A stretch of 32,000 nucleotides of DNA, from contig NZ_AP019769.1 in the NCBI RefSeq assembly GCF_023169545.1, positions 210,001 through 242,000 of the forward strand, read 5' to 3'. This document shows positions 9,074-17,562 of this stretch, piece after piece. Every line of letters starts with the position of its first letter. The stretch's first letter is position 1. Origin of the DNA: Nanobdella aerobiophila. Lineage in GTDB: Archaea; Nanobdellota; Nanobdellia; Nanobdellales; Nanobdellaceae. The notes beneath the pieces are model-generated. The model was not told the DNA's origin, searched no databases, and saw only the letters and a program-made list of their open reading frames with translations. The translations under genes and the position numbers were made by a program.

Positions 9074-10121
9074 TTTTAGTTTTCCAAGCCTTAGGATATA
9101 TATCCTTTTCCATAAATACTTTTTCTATATCTATAGCAACGCCTTTTTCAGATTCTATAATCTCTTTAGAACTCATTAGTGCATTTCCAACGGCAACTAT
9201 TTCATTCTTTAGCGTAAATATTGCAACTAGATCATTTTTATTTATATTAGAATATAATTTTGATATCCCTTTAACAAATAAATTAGATCCATAAGTTATT
9301 GAATTTACCGCAGAATCATGTATCCAAACTTTTTTTAAATGATCTGCTGCTATTTCTGGTGGTAAAAATACTTTTCTTATATATTTCTCATTTTTTTCAT
9401 TATTATAAAAATATATTGAATCTATAATATCTTGTAACGTTACTAAAGGATATTTTCCCCTTTCTTTTAATTCTCCTACTCTAACTCTTCTTAATTGTTG
9501 CATATGTGCTTTTGTACCCAAAGATTTACCAATATCATCTATTAATTTTCTTATGTAAACACCTGCTTCCGTAGAGACTTGTAATAGCCAATCTCTGCTA
9601 TCTACTTCTAATACTTTTATACAATAGATCTTTCTATTTCTAGGAATCTTTTTTACTGCAGATTTTAGCGGTGGTTTTTGAATTATATCTCCTTGGAATT
9701 TTTTCAAAGTATCAAATACAAGATCCTCATTTATATCTTTATGTATATGCATCCATGCAATATACTCTTTTCCGGCTTCCAGCAATAGTTTTAATATTTT
9801 TGTAGCTCTTCCTACACCTATCGGTAATACCCCTGTAACTTTTGGATCTAATGTTCCACTATGTCCTACTTTTTCTTTTAATATATTTTTTATCCATCCA
9901 GATACCTGGTGGGATGTGGGTCCTTTTGGTTTATCCAAATTTATTATAGAATATTTTAATAATATATTTATAGGCCTGTTCCAAGGATCAGAACCATATT
10001 TATAATCTGTATCAGATTCTTCTTTTATTATAACATCATATTTTTCGTTTTCATAAGGTAATTTACAATATTCTAACATTTTAATATATTTTTTGTACAA
10101 TTTATTAATATTTTCTTTCAT
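9063..10121 (-). CDS. cbf5: H/ACA RNP pseudouridine synthase Cbf5 (TruB family with PUA domain)
   Basis: DKPKGPTSHQV and GHSGTLDPKVTGVLPIGVGRATK (catalytic Asp motif). The C-terminal PUA-like segment reads ...VAIFTLKNEIVAVGNALMSS. Confidence 0.9.
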   Translation of the reverse strand: MKENINKLYKKYIKMLEYCKLPYENEKYDVIIKEESDTDYKYGSDPWNRPINILLKYSIINLDKPKGPTSHQVSGWIKNILKEKVGHSGTLDPKVTGVLPIGVGRATKILKLLLEAGKEYIAWMHIHKDINEDLVFDTLKKFQGDIIQKPPLKSAVKKIPRNRKIYCIKVLEVDSRDWLLQVSTEAGVYIRKLIDDIGKSLGTKAHMQQLRRVRVGELKERGKYPLVTLQDIIDSIYFYNNEKNEKYIRKVFLPPEIAADHLKKVWIHDSAVNSITYGSNLFVKGISKLYSNINKNDLVAIFTLKNEIVAVGNALMSSKEIIESEKGVAIDIEKVFMEKDIYPKAWKTKTIN

Positions 10122-10516
10122 TTACTACCAAATGAAGAACCTACTATATTCTGGTATGAGGATATATTAGGTACAACATTTATAAATAATAAAAGATTAT
10201 ACGACATTGTTTATTATATATAAATTTTTTTGATAAAATTTATATATTTAATATATAAGTATTATAGATTATAAATATGATATATTATCTATTAGGTGGC
10301 TACTTTTGATTTATAAAGAATTACGATTGATAACATGTTATATATTAGGATGATTATACAGTAATAAAAAATTTTTAGTCGGATAATCACTATTTATTTT
10401 ATTATATAATAGGTATAACAATTTTTATTTATAAATAATATAGAAAAGTTTATATATCATCTATATAAATCTTTTCAATATAATATATAAATTTTAAGAT
10501 ACTTTTTATATGAATT

Positions 10517-10864
10517 ATGAATAAAGATTCAACTACTGTCTATATTGGAGATATAAAAAATGATCTAGAGGAGTTAAAGAGAAGGGGATACAGTATAAAG
10601 GATATATTAAAAAAAGGTATAGAGTTTATAAAGATGGAAGAAAAAGTACCTTATAGTATTTCAGAACTGGATCAGTCAATAAAAGAATTAAAAAATCAAG
10701 TAGAAATGATGCAACAATTTAATCTATCTGTTATTATGTTAAATAAAAGTATAACAAGGTTAAATAAGACCATGATACGAATGAAGAGAAAGAAGAAACC
10801 TAAAGAAATAAAAGAGAAGAAGAAAGGACTAATTAGAAGATTGATTAGCTCCCTCGTTGGATAA
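10517..10864 (+). CDS. Hypothetical small protein (coiled-coil, basic C-terminus)
   Basis: 115-aa ORF after the long spacer. It has no recognisable motif; the N-terminus is vaguely RHH-like ([31 protein letters not shown]). The last 36 nt overlap the rps4 3' end, so coding status is uncertain. Confidence 0.35.
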   Translation: MNKDSTTVYIGDIKNDLEELKRRGYSIKDILKKGIEFIKMEEKVPYSISELDQSIKELKNQVEMMQQFNLSVIMLNKSITRLNKTMIRMKRKKKPKEIKEKKKGLIRRLISSLVG

Positions 10865-11386
10865 ACTAGCTATTTCTTTATTATCGATTTTAAATAATTT
10901 ATCTTTGCTAATATTCGAGTATTCATTATATCTTATCTTGTCCTCTTCGTCTTCTTTTACTAAATAACTTGGAGATGAGATAACTTTATCTCCGACCATT
11001 ATATGTTTATGTACTACCAGTTGTCTAGCCTGCTTTATTGTTTTTGCTAATCCTTTTCTATAAACTAGCGTTTGTAATCTTCTTTCTAATATATCTTTTT
11101 CTGTAATACCTAATGCTTCCGTTATATCTGAATTTTTATTCAGTATTTTTAGCCTAACTAACCTAGATCTTATCCTCTCTTCCTCTTTTATTACATCAAA
11201 ACCTGCTGCTTTCTGAGCATTTAGATACCTTATATAAAATCTTATCTTCCTTGCAATAGTCTGAGCCTTCCATAACTCCTTCTTATTTTTTAATCCATAA
11301 TTTCTTATCAATATATTTTCATGTTCTATATTCTCTTTATTCCATGGTGTTCCAGGTTTTTCCCACTTTTTTTTAGGTTTCCACAT
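10829..11386 (-). CDS. rps4: 30S ribosomal protein uS4 (S4P)
   Basis: S4 RNA-binding domain [42 protein letters not shown]. It lies directly downstream of rps13, as in archaeal operons. Confidence 0.9.
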   Translation of the reverse strand: MWKPKKKWEKPGTPWNKENIEHENILIRNYGLKNKKELWKAQTIARKIRFYIRYLNAQKAAGFDVIKEEERIRSRLVRLKILNKNSDITEALGITEKDILERRLQTLVYRKGLAKTIKQARQLVVHKHIMVGDKVISSPSYLVKEDEEDKIRYNEYSNISKDKLFKIDNKEIASLSNEGANQSSN

Positions 11387-11387
11387 C

Positions 11388-11894
11388 TTATTGTTGTTTT
11401 TCTTGTTGGGATCTTTGCTCTTTATTTTTTACCACACCTACTGATCTTCCAAATCTGTGATGAGATCTTGTTTTTTGTCCTCTTACTGGTAATTTATACT
11501 GATGTCTATTTCCTTTCCATGTTCCTAAGTCAATTTCTCTTTTTATATCAAACTTTACCTGTATTTGTAAATCAGAACCAACTATATGCTTGCTTTTTCC
11601 ATCATATATATCCTTTCTTCTGTTTAGGAACCATTCTGGAATATTGTACTTCAATGGATTTTTTAGACAATCTTCCAATTTTTCTAATTCTTCGTCAGAT
11701 AATGAACCTATAGGTCTATTTTTTTCTAAATTTAATACAAAGCATACTGCATTTGAGAACCTCCAATTTACTCCAGGTATTTTAAGTAGTTCTAGATATA
11801 CCGGTCTGTGACCATTTATCTCTACTCCTGCTAGACGTATTACATCTTTTATATTGTTTTCTTCTGATACTATTGATTTAGATTTATTAGGCAT
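11388..11894 (-). CDS. rps13: 30S ribosomal protein uS13 (S13P)
   Basis: [33 protein letters not shown] and the C-terminal basic [16 protein letters not shown] are typical of uS13. Confidence 0.9.
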   Translation of the reverse strand: MPNKSKSIVSEENNIKDVIRLAGVEINGHRPVYLELLKIPGVNWRFSNAVCFVLNLEKNRPIGSLSDEELEKLEDCLKNPLKYNIPEWFLNRRKDIYDGKSKHIVGSDLQIQVKFDIKREIDLGTWKGNRHQYKLPVRGQKTRSHHRFGRSVGVVKNKEQRSQQEKQQ

Positions 11895-11944
11895 TAAATT
11901 AAATAAGTAAAAAACATTTAAAAATATATAATGAACTATTATAA

Positions 11945-13558
11945 ATGAACATTGGTTTTGTATATAAAGAGGCTACTACGGAATATTTTTATTTTGTTGT
12001 TGACCCAAAAAATAGATATACTATAGGTATTGGTAGTATATTGAAAGTTAGAATAAATAATTATGATTATTTTGCTATAATAGAAGATCTAAGGTCAGAA
12101 TCAGTTGAAGAAGATAGATTATTTGATTATGATGCAATAGACGTTATCTATGGAAAAATGCAAAAGGCTCAATATTTAATTATAGGTAAAGCAATATTTT
12201 TGGGAGTTATAAAGGATAATAAAATGTATTCAGAAAAACCAATAATACCACCAAGTCCTGGGGATATAATATATTTACCAACTAAAGAAGAAATATATAA
12301 AATATATTCTTTTGATGATCCTAGAACATTAATTCCAATAGGTAAAATATATTTACAAAATGAAGAATTTAATATAGATATTAATATAAAAAATCTCATA
12401 ATCAGGCATACAGGTATATTTGGTATTACTGGATCTGGAAAAAGTACTACTGTGGCTCATATAGTTAATCAATTAAAAAATAAAAATATACCAATTATAC
12501 TATTTGATGTTCATAGAGATTATATATTATCATATGATAATGCTATTATAATAACTTTTAGTCAAAAAGAAAAAGAATTTTTAGAAAAGTTAGCATATGA
12601 AAGAAATAAAAATATTAAAGTATATATTGGAAAGGTAAGATTAAATCTATTAATTGATTATATGGAAGAATTTTTAGGTATTTCTGGTAAACAGGCTTCC
12701 AATGTATTTTCTTTATTATCCAAATTGCTATCAAAAGATCCAAAATTTATAAATAAATTATTTGATATGATTAATAGAAGAGAACCTTCAGAAATATTTG
12801 AAAGATATAAAGAAGATACTATAAGATCATTATATTCTAGATTATTAAGGATAAAAGATTGGCAGTTATTTCCAAGAGATATAAATGATACTGGTGATGA
12901 TATAAAAGATTTAATAGATAAATTATCTGAAAATATGAGAGAAGGATCTTTTAATGATATATCTATAGTAAGTGAAGGAGATGAGGCAATATTAATGGAG
13001 AATAATAGATTTAATCCGAATATGCTTATAATAGATTTATATCCTCTATCTATCGAAGAGCAAAGAATATTATTGGATATTATACTAGAGTTATTATATG
13101 AAAAATATAAATCATGGAAATTAAATAATAGGACAGATATCATAGGTATAATTATTGAAGAAGCACATAGATTCGCTGCAAAATATACAAATGTATCAAA
13201 TAAAATTTCTTTAATAGCAAGAGAAGGTAGAAAATTTGGTTTAGGTTTATTATTAATATCTCAGATACCATCAAATATTTCTGAAGATATAATATCCCAG
13301 ATAAATACCTTTATATTATTGAAGATAATAAATCCTAAAGATTTAGAATTTATAAGAAAGACTTGTCCATATCTATCTAGAGAATATTTCGAAGCATTAA
13401 CAAAATTGGAAACAGGTAGTTGCTTAACGGTAGGATTAGCAGTCAAGAATCCTGCTATATTAAAAATTATAAAGTCTGTAGATGTTGGTGGAACAGAAGA
13501 AGATATAGATAAAAGAATATTGGAAAGAGTATCTTATGGAAATAAAAGCAATATTTAG
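11945..13558 (+). CDS. herA: HerA-family (DUF87/FtsK-HerA superfamily) hexameric ATPase/helicase
   Basis: N-terminal barrel-like region with PPSPGDIIYLPTKEEI, Walker A GITGSGKST, Walker B IIIEEAHRF, and the family-typical AREGRKFGLGLLLISQIPSNISEDIISQINTFILLKI. Orthology to the canonical end-resection HerA is not certain. Confidence 0.75.
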   Translation: MNIGFVYKEATTEYFYFVVDPKNRYTIGIGSILKVRINNYDYFAIIEDLRSESVEEDRLFDYDAIDVIYGKMQKAQYLIIGKAIFLGVIKDNKMYSEKPIIPPSPGDIIYLPTKEEIYKIYSFDDPRTLIPIGKIYLQNEEFNIDINIKNLIIRHTGIFGITGSGKSTTVAHIVNQLKNKNIPIILFDVHRDYILSYDNAIIITFSQKEKEFLEKLAYERNKNIKVYIGKVRLNLLIDYMEEFLGISGKQASNVFSLLSKLLSKDPKFINKLFDMINRREPSEIFERYKEDTIRSLYSRLLRIKDWQLFPRDINDTGDDIKDLIDKLSENMREGSFNDISIVSEGDEAILMENNRFNPNMLIIDLYPLSIEEQRILLDIILELLYEKYKSWKLNNRTDIIGIIIEEAHRFAAKYTNVSNKISLIAREGRKFGLGLLLISQIPSNISEDIISQINTFILLKIINPKDLEFIRKTCPYLSREYFEALTKLETGSCLTVGLAVKNPAILKIIKSVDVGGTEEDIDKRILERVSYGNKSNI

Positions 13559-13859
13559 GTCGATTCAAAATAATTTTTTATTTTCTGAGGCTGAAATATA
13601 TAAATTTTTTGATTATATTATAAGTAAATATAATCTTTATATAAAAAATAAGAAAATTATTATAAGAGATGACGAAAAATTTTCTTCGTTTTTATTAGAA
13701 ACAGATAAATTTTTATTATCGTTGAATTATTGGGAAAAGATAGATTATTGTTTTGTTTATATATCTTCTGATTATTTAAATTTATCAGATATAATAAAAG
13801 AGATTATCAATTATCTGAAACCTGAAAATATAAAGCTTATAAATGAAAGAATAGAGTAA
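13536..13859 (+). CDS. Hypothetical 107-aa protein, start overlaps the HerA-like gene by 23 nt
   Basis: ORF only, with tight packing (a 7-nt gap to the next gene). No motif recognised, and it is not NurA-like in size or motifs. Confidence 0.4.
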   Translation: MEIKAIFRSIQNNFLFSEAEIYKFFDYIISKYNLYIKNKKIIIRDDEKFSSFLLETDKFLLSLNYWEKIDYCFVYISSDYLNLSDIIKEIINYLKPENIKLINERIE

Positions 13860-13866
13860 ATAATTT

Positions 13867-14352
13867 ATGCAGATAGGAAGTCCATCTGTTCCAATTTATT
13901 ATCCAAATAATAGGTATTATCCTCGTCCAAATCAAAGAAATGTTTTTATGGGTAAAAATTATATAAAAACAGGATTAAAGTATCTATTTGTAGCATTATT
14001 AATATTTATTTTATTTATTATATTACTATTTGTTCTTAAAATTTTTACATTATTACTGATTTTTTCAATAATTATAATCCTAGTTGGTGGTTTTGGTCTT
14101 GATTATTTATGGAAAGGATTTGCAGAATATGAGAAAGTAACTAATAAAGGTGTGTTTGGTTTAGCAAAGTTTGGGGCTCTTTTATATATAATACCATTTA
14201 CATCTTTTATTGGAAGTATATTAGTAGGTATAGGATTTTATAATATAGGAGTATTAGAAAATAATGATAAAATTAAAATAGGAGGAATATTATCTGCTAT
14301 TCCTTTCGTCGGTATAATAGGATTATTAATATTATTGATTTATTTTCATTAA
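13867..14352 (+). CDS. Small multi-pass membrane protein, tandem paralog A
   Basis: 161 aa, about 4 TM helices. It clearly aligns with the next ORF (GLDYLWKGFAEYE / GLIYMWDGFSKIE, then ...IPF..FIG..L.GI.FY and GGIL..IP...). It may belong to an archaeal DUF membrane family (DUF973-like), but I cannot verify that. Confidence 0.65.
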   Translation: MQIGSPSVPIYYPNNRYYPRPNQRNVFMGKNYIKTGLKYLFVALLIFILFIILLFVLKIFTLLLIFSIIIILVGGFGLDYLWKGFAEYEKVTNKGVFGLAKFGALLYIIPFTSFIGSILVGIGFYNIGVLENNDKIKIGGILSAIPFVGIIGLLILLIYFH

Positions 14353-14423
14353 ATTATCAAATTTTATATGAGCTTTAAAATTTATATATAAAATTTTATA
14401 AATAAGTATTTTTATATTATTCT

Positions 14424-14885
14424 ATGGATAGTGTAGGTTTAAATAAAATAAAAACTGCATTATTATTTTATATAATCGGGGCAGTGGTAGCGTTTACAGC
14501 GGGATTCTTAGGGCTATCAATATTTTCAGTATTCTTTTTCTTTAATACTATTGGAGGATTTATAAGAGAAATGATCGCAGTAATATTACTTTTAATTGTT
14601 ATAGTAATATATATAATAGGTTTAATATATATGTGGGATGGATTTTCTAAAATTGAACCGGAATTTGAAAATGCAGGTATTGGAAAAATAGGATTAATAT
14701 TGACATTAATTCCATTTTTAAATATAATTGGATTTATATTACTGGGAATAACCTTCTATTTATTAGGGGAAAAGTTAAATAGTTCTATGATGAAAGTGGG
14801 TGGTATATTAACAATAATACCTGTAATTAATTTTGTAGGCATTATAATACTATATGTAGCTTTTGGAGATATAATAACAAAATAA
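14424..14885 (+). CDS. Small multi-pass membrane protein, tandem paralog B
   Basis: 153 aa, homologous to 13867..14352 over the C-terminal ~90 aa, with the same repeated G-x-IPF/V-x-x-IG motif. Confidence 0.65.
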   Translation: MDSVGLNKIKTALLFYIIGAVVAFTAGFLGLSIFSVFFFFNTIGGFIREMIAVILLLIVIVIYIIGLIYMWDGFSKIEPEFENAGIGKIGLILTLIPFLNIIGFILLGITFYLLGEKLNSSMMKVGGILTIIPVINFVGIIILYVAFGDIITK

Positions 14886-14928
14886 ATCTTTTTTATAATT
14901 TTATCTGTAATAATATTTTTATTTAAAT

Positions 14929-15012
14929 GCCGTGGTGCCCGAGCGGTCCAAGGGGTATGGCTTGAGACCATATCCCCGAAAGGGGACGTGGGTTCAAATC
15001 CCACCCACGGCG
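14929..15012 (+). tRNA. tRNA-Ser (anticodon UGA)
   Basis: Folded by hand. Acceptor GCCGTGG/CCACGGC plus discriminator G. Anticodon stem TATGG/CCATA with loop CTTGAGA (anticodon TGA at 14963-14965). Long variable arm CCCC-GAAA-GGGG. T arm GTGGG-TTCAAAT-CCCAC. No encoded CCA. 54/84 = 64% G+C. Confidence 0.93.
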
Positions 15013-15090
15013 TTTTATATTGATGTAGTACATTTTTAATTAAATTTTCATAATTTAATATTTATATAAATTTATATTAACTCAATTTAG

Positions 15091-17532
15091 ATGGAAAATG
15101 AATTATTTGATATTGATAAAATAATTAGGGAGCTTAATACTAATATTATATCTGGTTTATCTGAAAGCGAAATACAAGAAAGAATTAAAAAATATGGTTA
15201 TAATTCAATAGAAGAAAAGAAGGAGAATAATATAATTAAGCTTTTGAAGAAATTTAAATCATTTACCTCAATTATGCTAGAATTTATATCTATACTATAT
15301 ATTGTTGTTCATAATTATTTAGATGCATTAATTGTAATAGGATTATTAATTTTAAATACTCTAATATCATTTATACATGAGGAAAGAGCAAATAAAGCAT
15401 TAGAATTATTAAAAGAGAAATTACAAATACAAGCAAGAGTCTTAAGAGATAATAATTGGAAATTAATTGAATCAAAATATTTAGTACCTGGAGATATTAT
15501 AAGATTAAGAGCAGGTGATATATCTCCTGCAGATTGTATTATATTGGATGACGAATCTTTAAATATAGACGAATCTGTATTAACAGGAGAATCTATTACA
15601 GTAGATAAAACAAAAGGTAATATAATATATTCGGGATCAATAATAAAAAGAGGAGAATCTAATTGTATAGTATATAAAACCGGTAAAAATACCTATTTTG
15701 GGAAAACAATAGAATTAGTTTCTACAGCAAAACCAAAATTACATATAGAAGAATTAACTATGAAAGTTGTAATATCTTTATTGATTATTGTTATAATATT
15801 TGGAGGAATAACTATTATTTTATCATATTTATATAATCCATCCATTAATTTTTTATTATCTTATATTATACCATTAGTAATATCTTTATTATTATTTGCA
15901 GTACCTGTAGCATTGCCAGCTATGCTAACTATTTCTATGGCAGTAGGGTCATATGAATTAGCTAGGAAAGGAGCATTAGTAACAAGATTATCATCTATAG
16001 AAGATGCAGCATCTATGACAACATTATGTTCAGATAAAACAGGTACTCTAACATATAATAAATTAACTATAACAGATATATATCCATTAGATAATTATAA
16101 TATAAATGATGTAATATTATATGGATCATTAGCATCAGAAATATCAAATAATGATCCTATAGATTTAGCATTTATAAATAAATTAAAAGAATTAAATATA
16201 AATAAAGATAATTATAATATATTAGAATTTAAACCATTTGATCCATCTACAAGAAGAACAGAAGCAAAAGTATTATATAATAATGATGTATTTTATGTAT
16301 CTAAAGGTGCAGTTAATATAGTTATAAACGATTTATGTAAGGAAGAATTATCATTAGATATTCAAAATATTGTAGATCAATATGCTAAAAAGGGCTATAG
16401 GACTCTTGCTGTTGCTATTAAAAATAATAATAAATGGATACCAGTAGGTTTAGTAGCATTATATGATATACCTAGAAAAGATACTCCAGAATTAATTAAA
16501 AAATTAAAAGAATTAGGAATTAAAGTAAAGATGTTAACAGGAGATGCATTACCTATAGCAAAAGAAATAGGTAATAGTATAGGATTAGATCCAAACAAAG
16601 TAGTATCTGGAAATGAACTAAGAAATTTATTAAAAGAAAATCCAGGTAAAGTAAGTAATCTAGTAAATAATTCAGAAATATTTGCAGAAATATATCCAGA
16701 AGATAAATATTATATAGTAAAATCATTACAAGATAAAAAAGAAATAGTAGGTATGACAGGTGATGGGGTAAATGATTCTCCATCATTAAAGCAAGCAGAA
16801 GTAGGTATAGCAGTATATAATGCTACAGATGTAGCTAAATCTGCAGCTTCTGTAGTATTAACTGTTGAAGGTTTACAAGGTATAGTAGATCTAATTAAAA
16901 TAGGTAGATCTGTATATCAAAGAATTGTTACTTGGATATTATCTAAAATTAATAGAACAATTGAAATTGCAATATTTGTCATGGTAGCTTTTATAATAAA
17001 TGTACTATTATTTCATAGAGCATTATATGTATTATCACCTATAGATATATTGTTGTTTTTCTTTATAATTGATTTTCAAACTATATCTTTATCTACCGAT
17101 AATGAAGAAGGATCGAATTATCCTGAAAAATGGAATATATTAAAATTGGTAAAATATGCTAGTATAATGGGGATATTTACATTTTCAGAAATGATGATAT
17201 TATTATATATCGCATTAAATATATTAAAAATAAGTAATATGCATCTATTACATACATTTTTCTTTATAGCAATTATATTTTATGGAATATTAATGCCTTA
17301 TGTATTTAGAGAGAGGAATAGATTCTATAAATCAAAACCAGGAAGAGCATTTTGGATATCATCAGTTAGTGGATTGTTTATATCCTCTTTACTAGCATTA
17401 TTTGGATTTTATATAATGACTCCTATTAATATTTATTGGTATCTAATAACAGTTATTTATAGTTTATTTTTTATATTTTTTGTAAATGATAATATAAAGT
17501 TATTATTAGAAAGATTAGGAATAGGAAGATAA
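15091..17532 (+). CDS. P-type ATPase, type IIIA (H+-ATPase-like), paralog 2 (813 aa)
   Basis: Same motif set as paralog 1 (TGES, DKTGT at 16033-16047, MLTGD, GDGVNDSPSLKQAEVGIAV). The TM4 segment VPVALPAMLTISMAVGSYELARKGALV is closer to the canonical P3A TM4 than that of paralog 1. Confidence 0.9.
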   Translation: MENELFDIDKIIRELNTNIISGLSESEIQERIKKYGYNSIEEKKENNIIKLLKKFKSFTSIMLEFISILYIVVHNYLDALIVIGLLILNTLISFIHEERANKALELLKEKLQIQARVLRDNNWKLIESKYLVPGDIIRLRAGDISPADCIILDDESLNIDESVLTGESITVDKTKGNIIYSGSIIKRGESNCIVYKTGKNTYFGKTIELVSTAKPKLHIEELTMKVVISLLIIVIIFGGITIILSYLYNPSINFLLSYIIPLVISLLLFAVPVALPAMLTISMAVGSYELARKGALVTRLSSIEDAASMTTLCSDKTGTLTYNKLTITDIYPLDNYNINDVILYGSLASEISNNDPIDLAFINKLKELNINKDNYNILEFKPFDPSTRRTEAKVLYNNDVFYVSKGAVNIVINDLCKEELSLDIQNIVDQYAKKGYRTLAVAIKNNNKWIPVGLVALYDIPRKDTPELIKKLKELGIKVKMLTGDALPIAKEIGNSIGLDPNKVVSGNELRNLLKENPGKVSNLVNNSEIFAEIYPEDKYYIVKSLQDKKEIVGMTGDGVNDSPSLKQAEVGIAVYNATDVAKSAASVVLTVEGLQGIVDLIKIGRSVYQRIVTWILSKINRTIEIAIFVMVAFIINVLLFHRALYVLSPIDILLFFFIIDFQTISLSTDNEEGSNYPEKWNILKLVKYASIMGIFTFSEMMILLYIALNILKISNMHLLHTFFFIAIIFYGILMPYVFRERNRFYKSKPGRAFWISSVSGLFISSLLALFGFYIMTPINIYWYLITVIYSLFFIFFVNDNIKLLLERLGIGR
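15151..16937 (+). repeat. Near-identical DNA blocks shared with ATPase paralog 1 (copy 2 side)
   Basis: Counterpart of 3262..5051; see that entry for block coordinates. Confidence 0.9.
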
Positions 17533-17562
17533 TTTATAAATTTATCTTATTTTTATTTTTTA

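Noticed and set aside
10122-10516. C/D-box or H/ACA guide RNA next to cbf5
   Set aside because: I found no RUGAUGA C box on either strand, no convincing hairpin-ACA architecture and no G/C-rich stems. It is retained only as an unexplained long spacer.
11321-11811. Plus-strand ORFs 11321..11713 and 11590..11811
   Set aside because: They are antisense to rps4 and rps13, which are unambiguous.
12169-13446. Minus-strand ORFs 12169..12399, 12658..13143 and 13261..13446
   Set aside because: They are antisense to the HerA-family gene, which has Walker A/B and family motifs. Their translations are low-complexity.
13536-13859. Possible AdoMetDC-like (ESH...W.E) or truncated NurA identity for the 107-aa ORF
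   Set aside because: The resemblance (LLETDKFLLSLNYWEK vs the ES-H..HT.PE pattern) lacks the catalytic Ser/His. No NurA motifs are present and the size does not fit. I kept it as hypothetical.
14756-15004. Minus-strand 82-aa ORF
   Set aside because: It runs antisense through the tRNA-Ser gene and the end of the membrane paralog. Its G/C-rich N-terminus is simply the tRNA complement.
16395-16786. Minus-strand ORFs 16395..16598 and 16553..16786 inside ATPase paralog 2
   Set aside because: Same reasoning as for paralog 1: antisense shadow ORFs of the duplicated core.
15013-17562. Integrated element downstream of tRNA-Ser carrying ATPase paralog 2
   Set aside because: I could find no integrase, no direct repeat of the tRNA 3' end and no compositional break. 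The duplication is better described as a paralog with conversion tracts.
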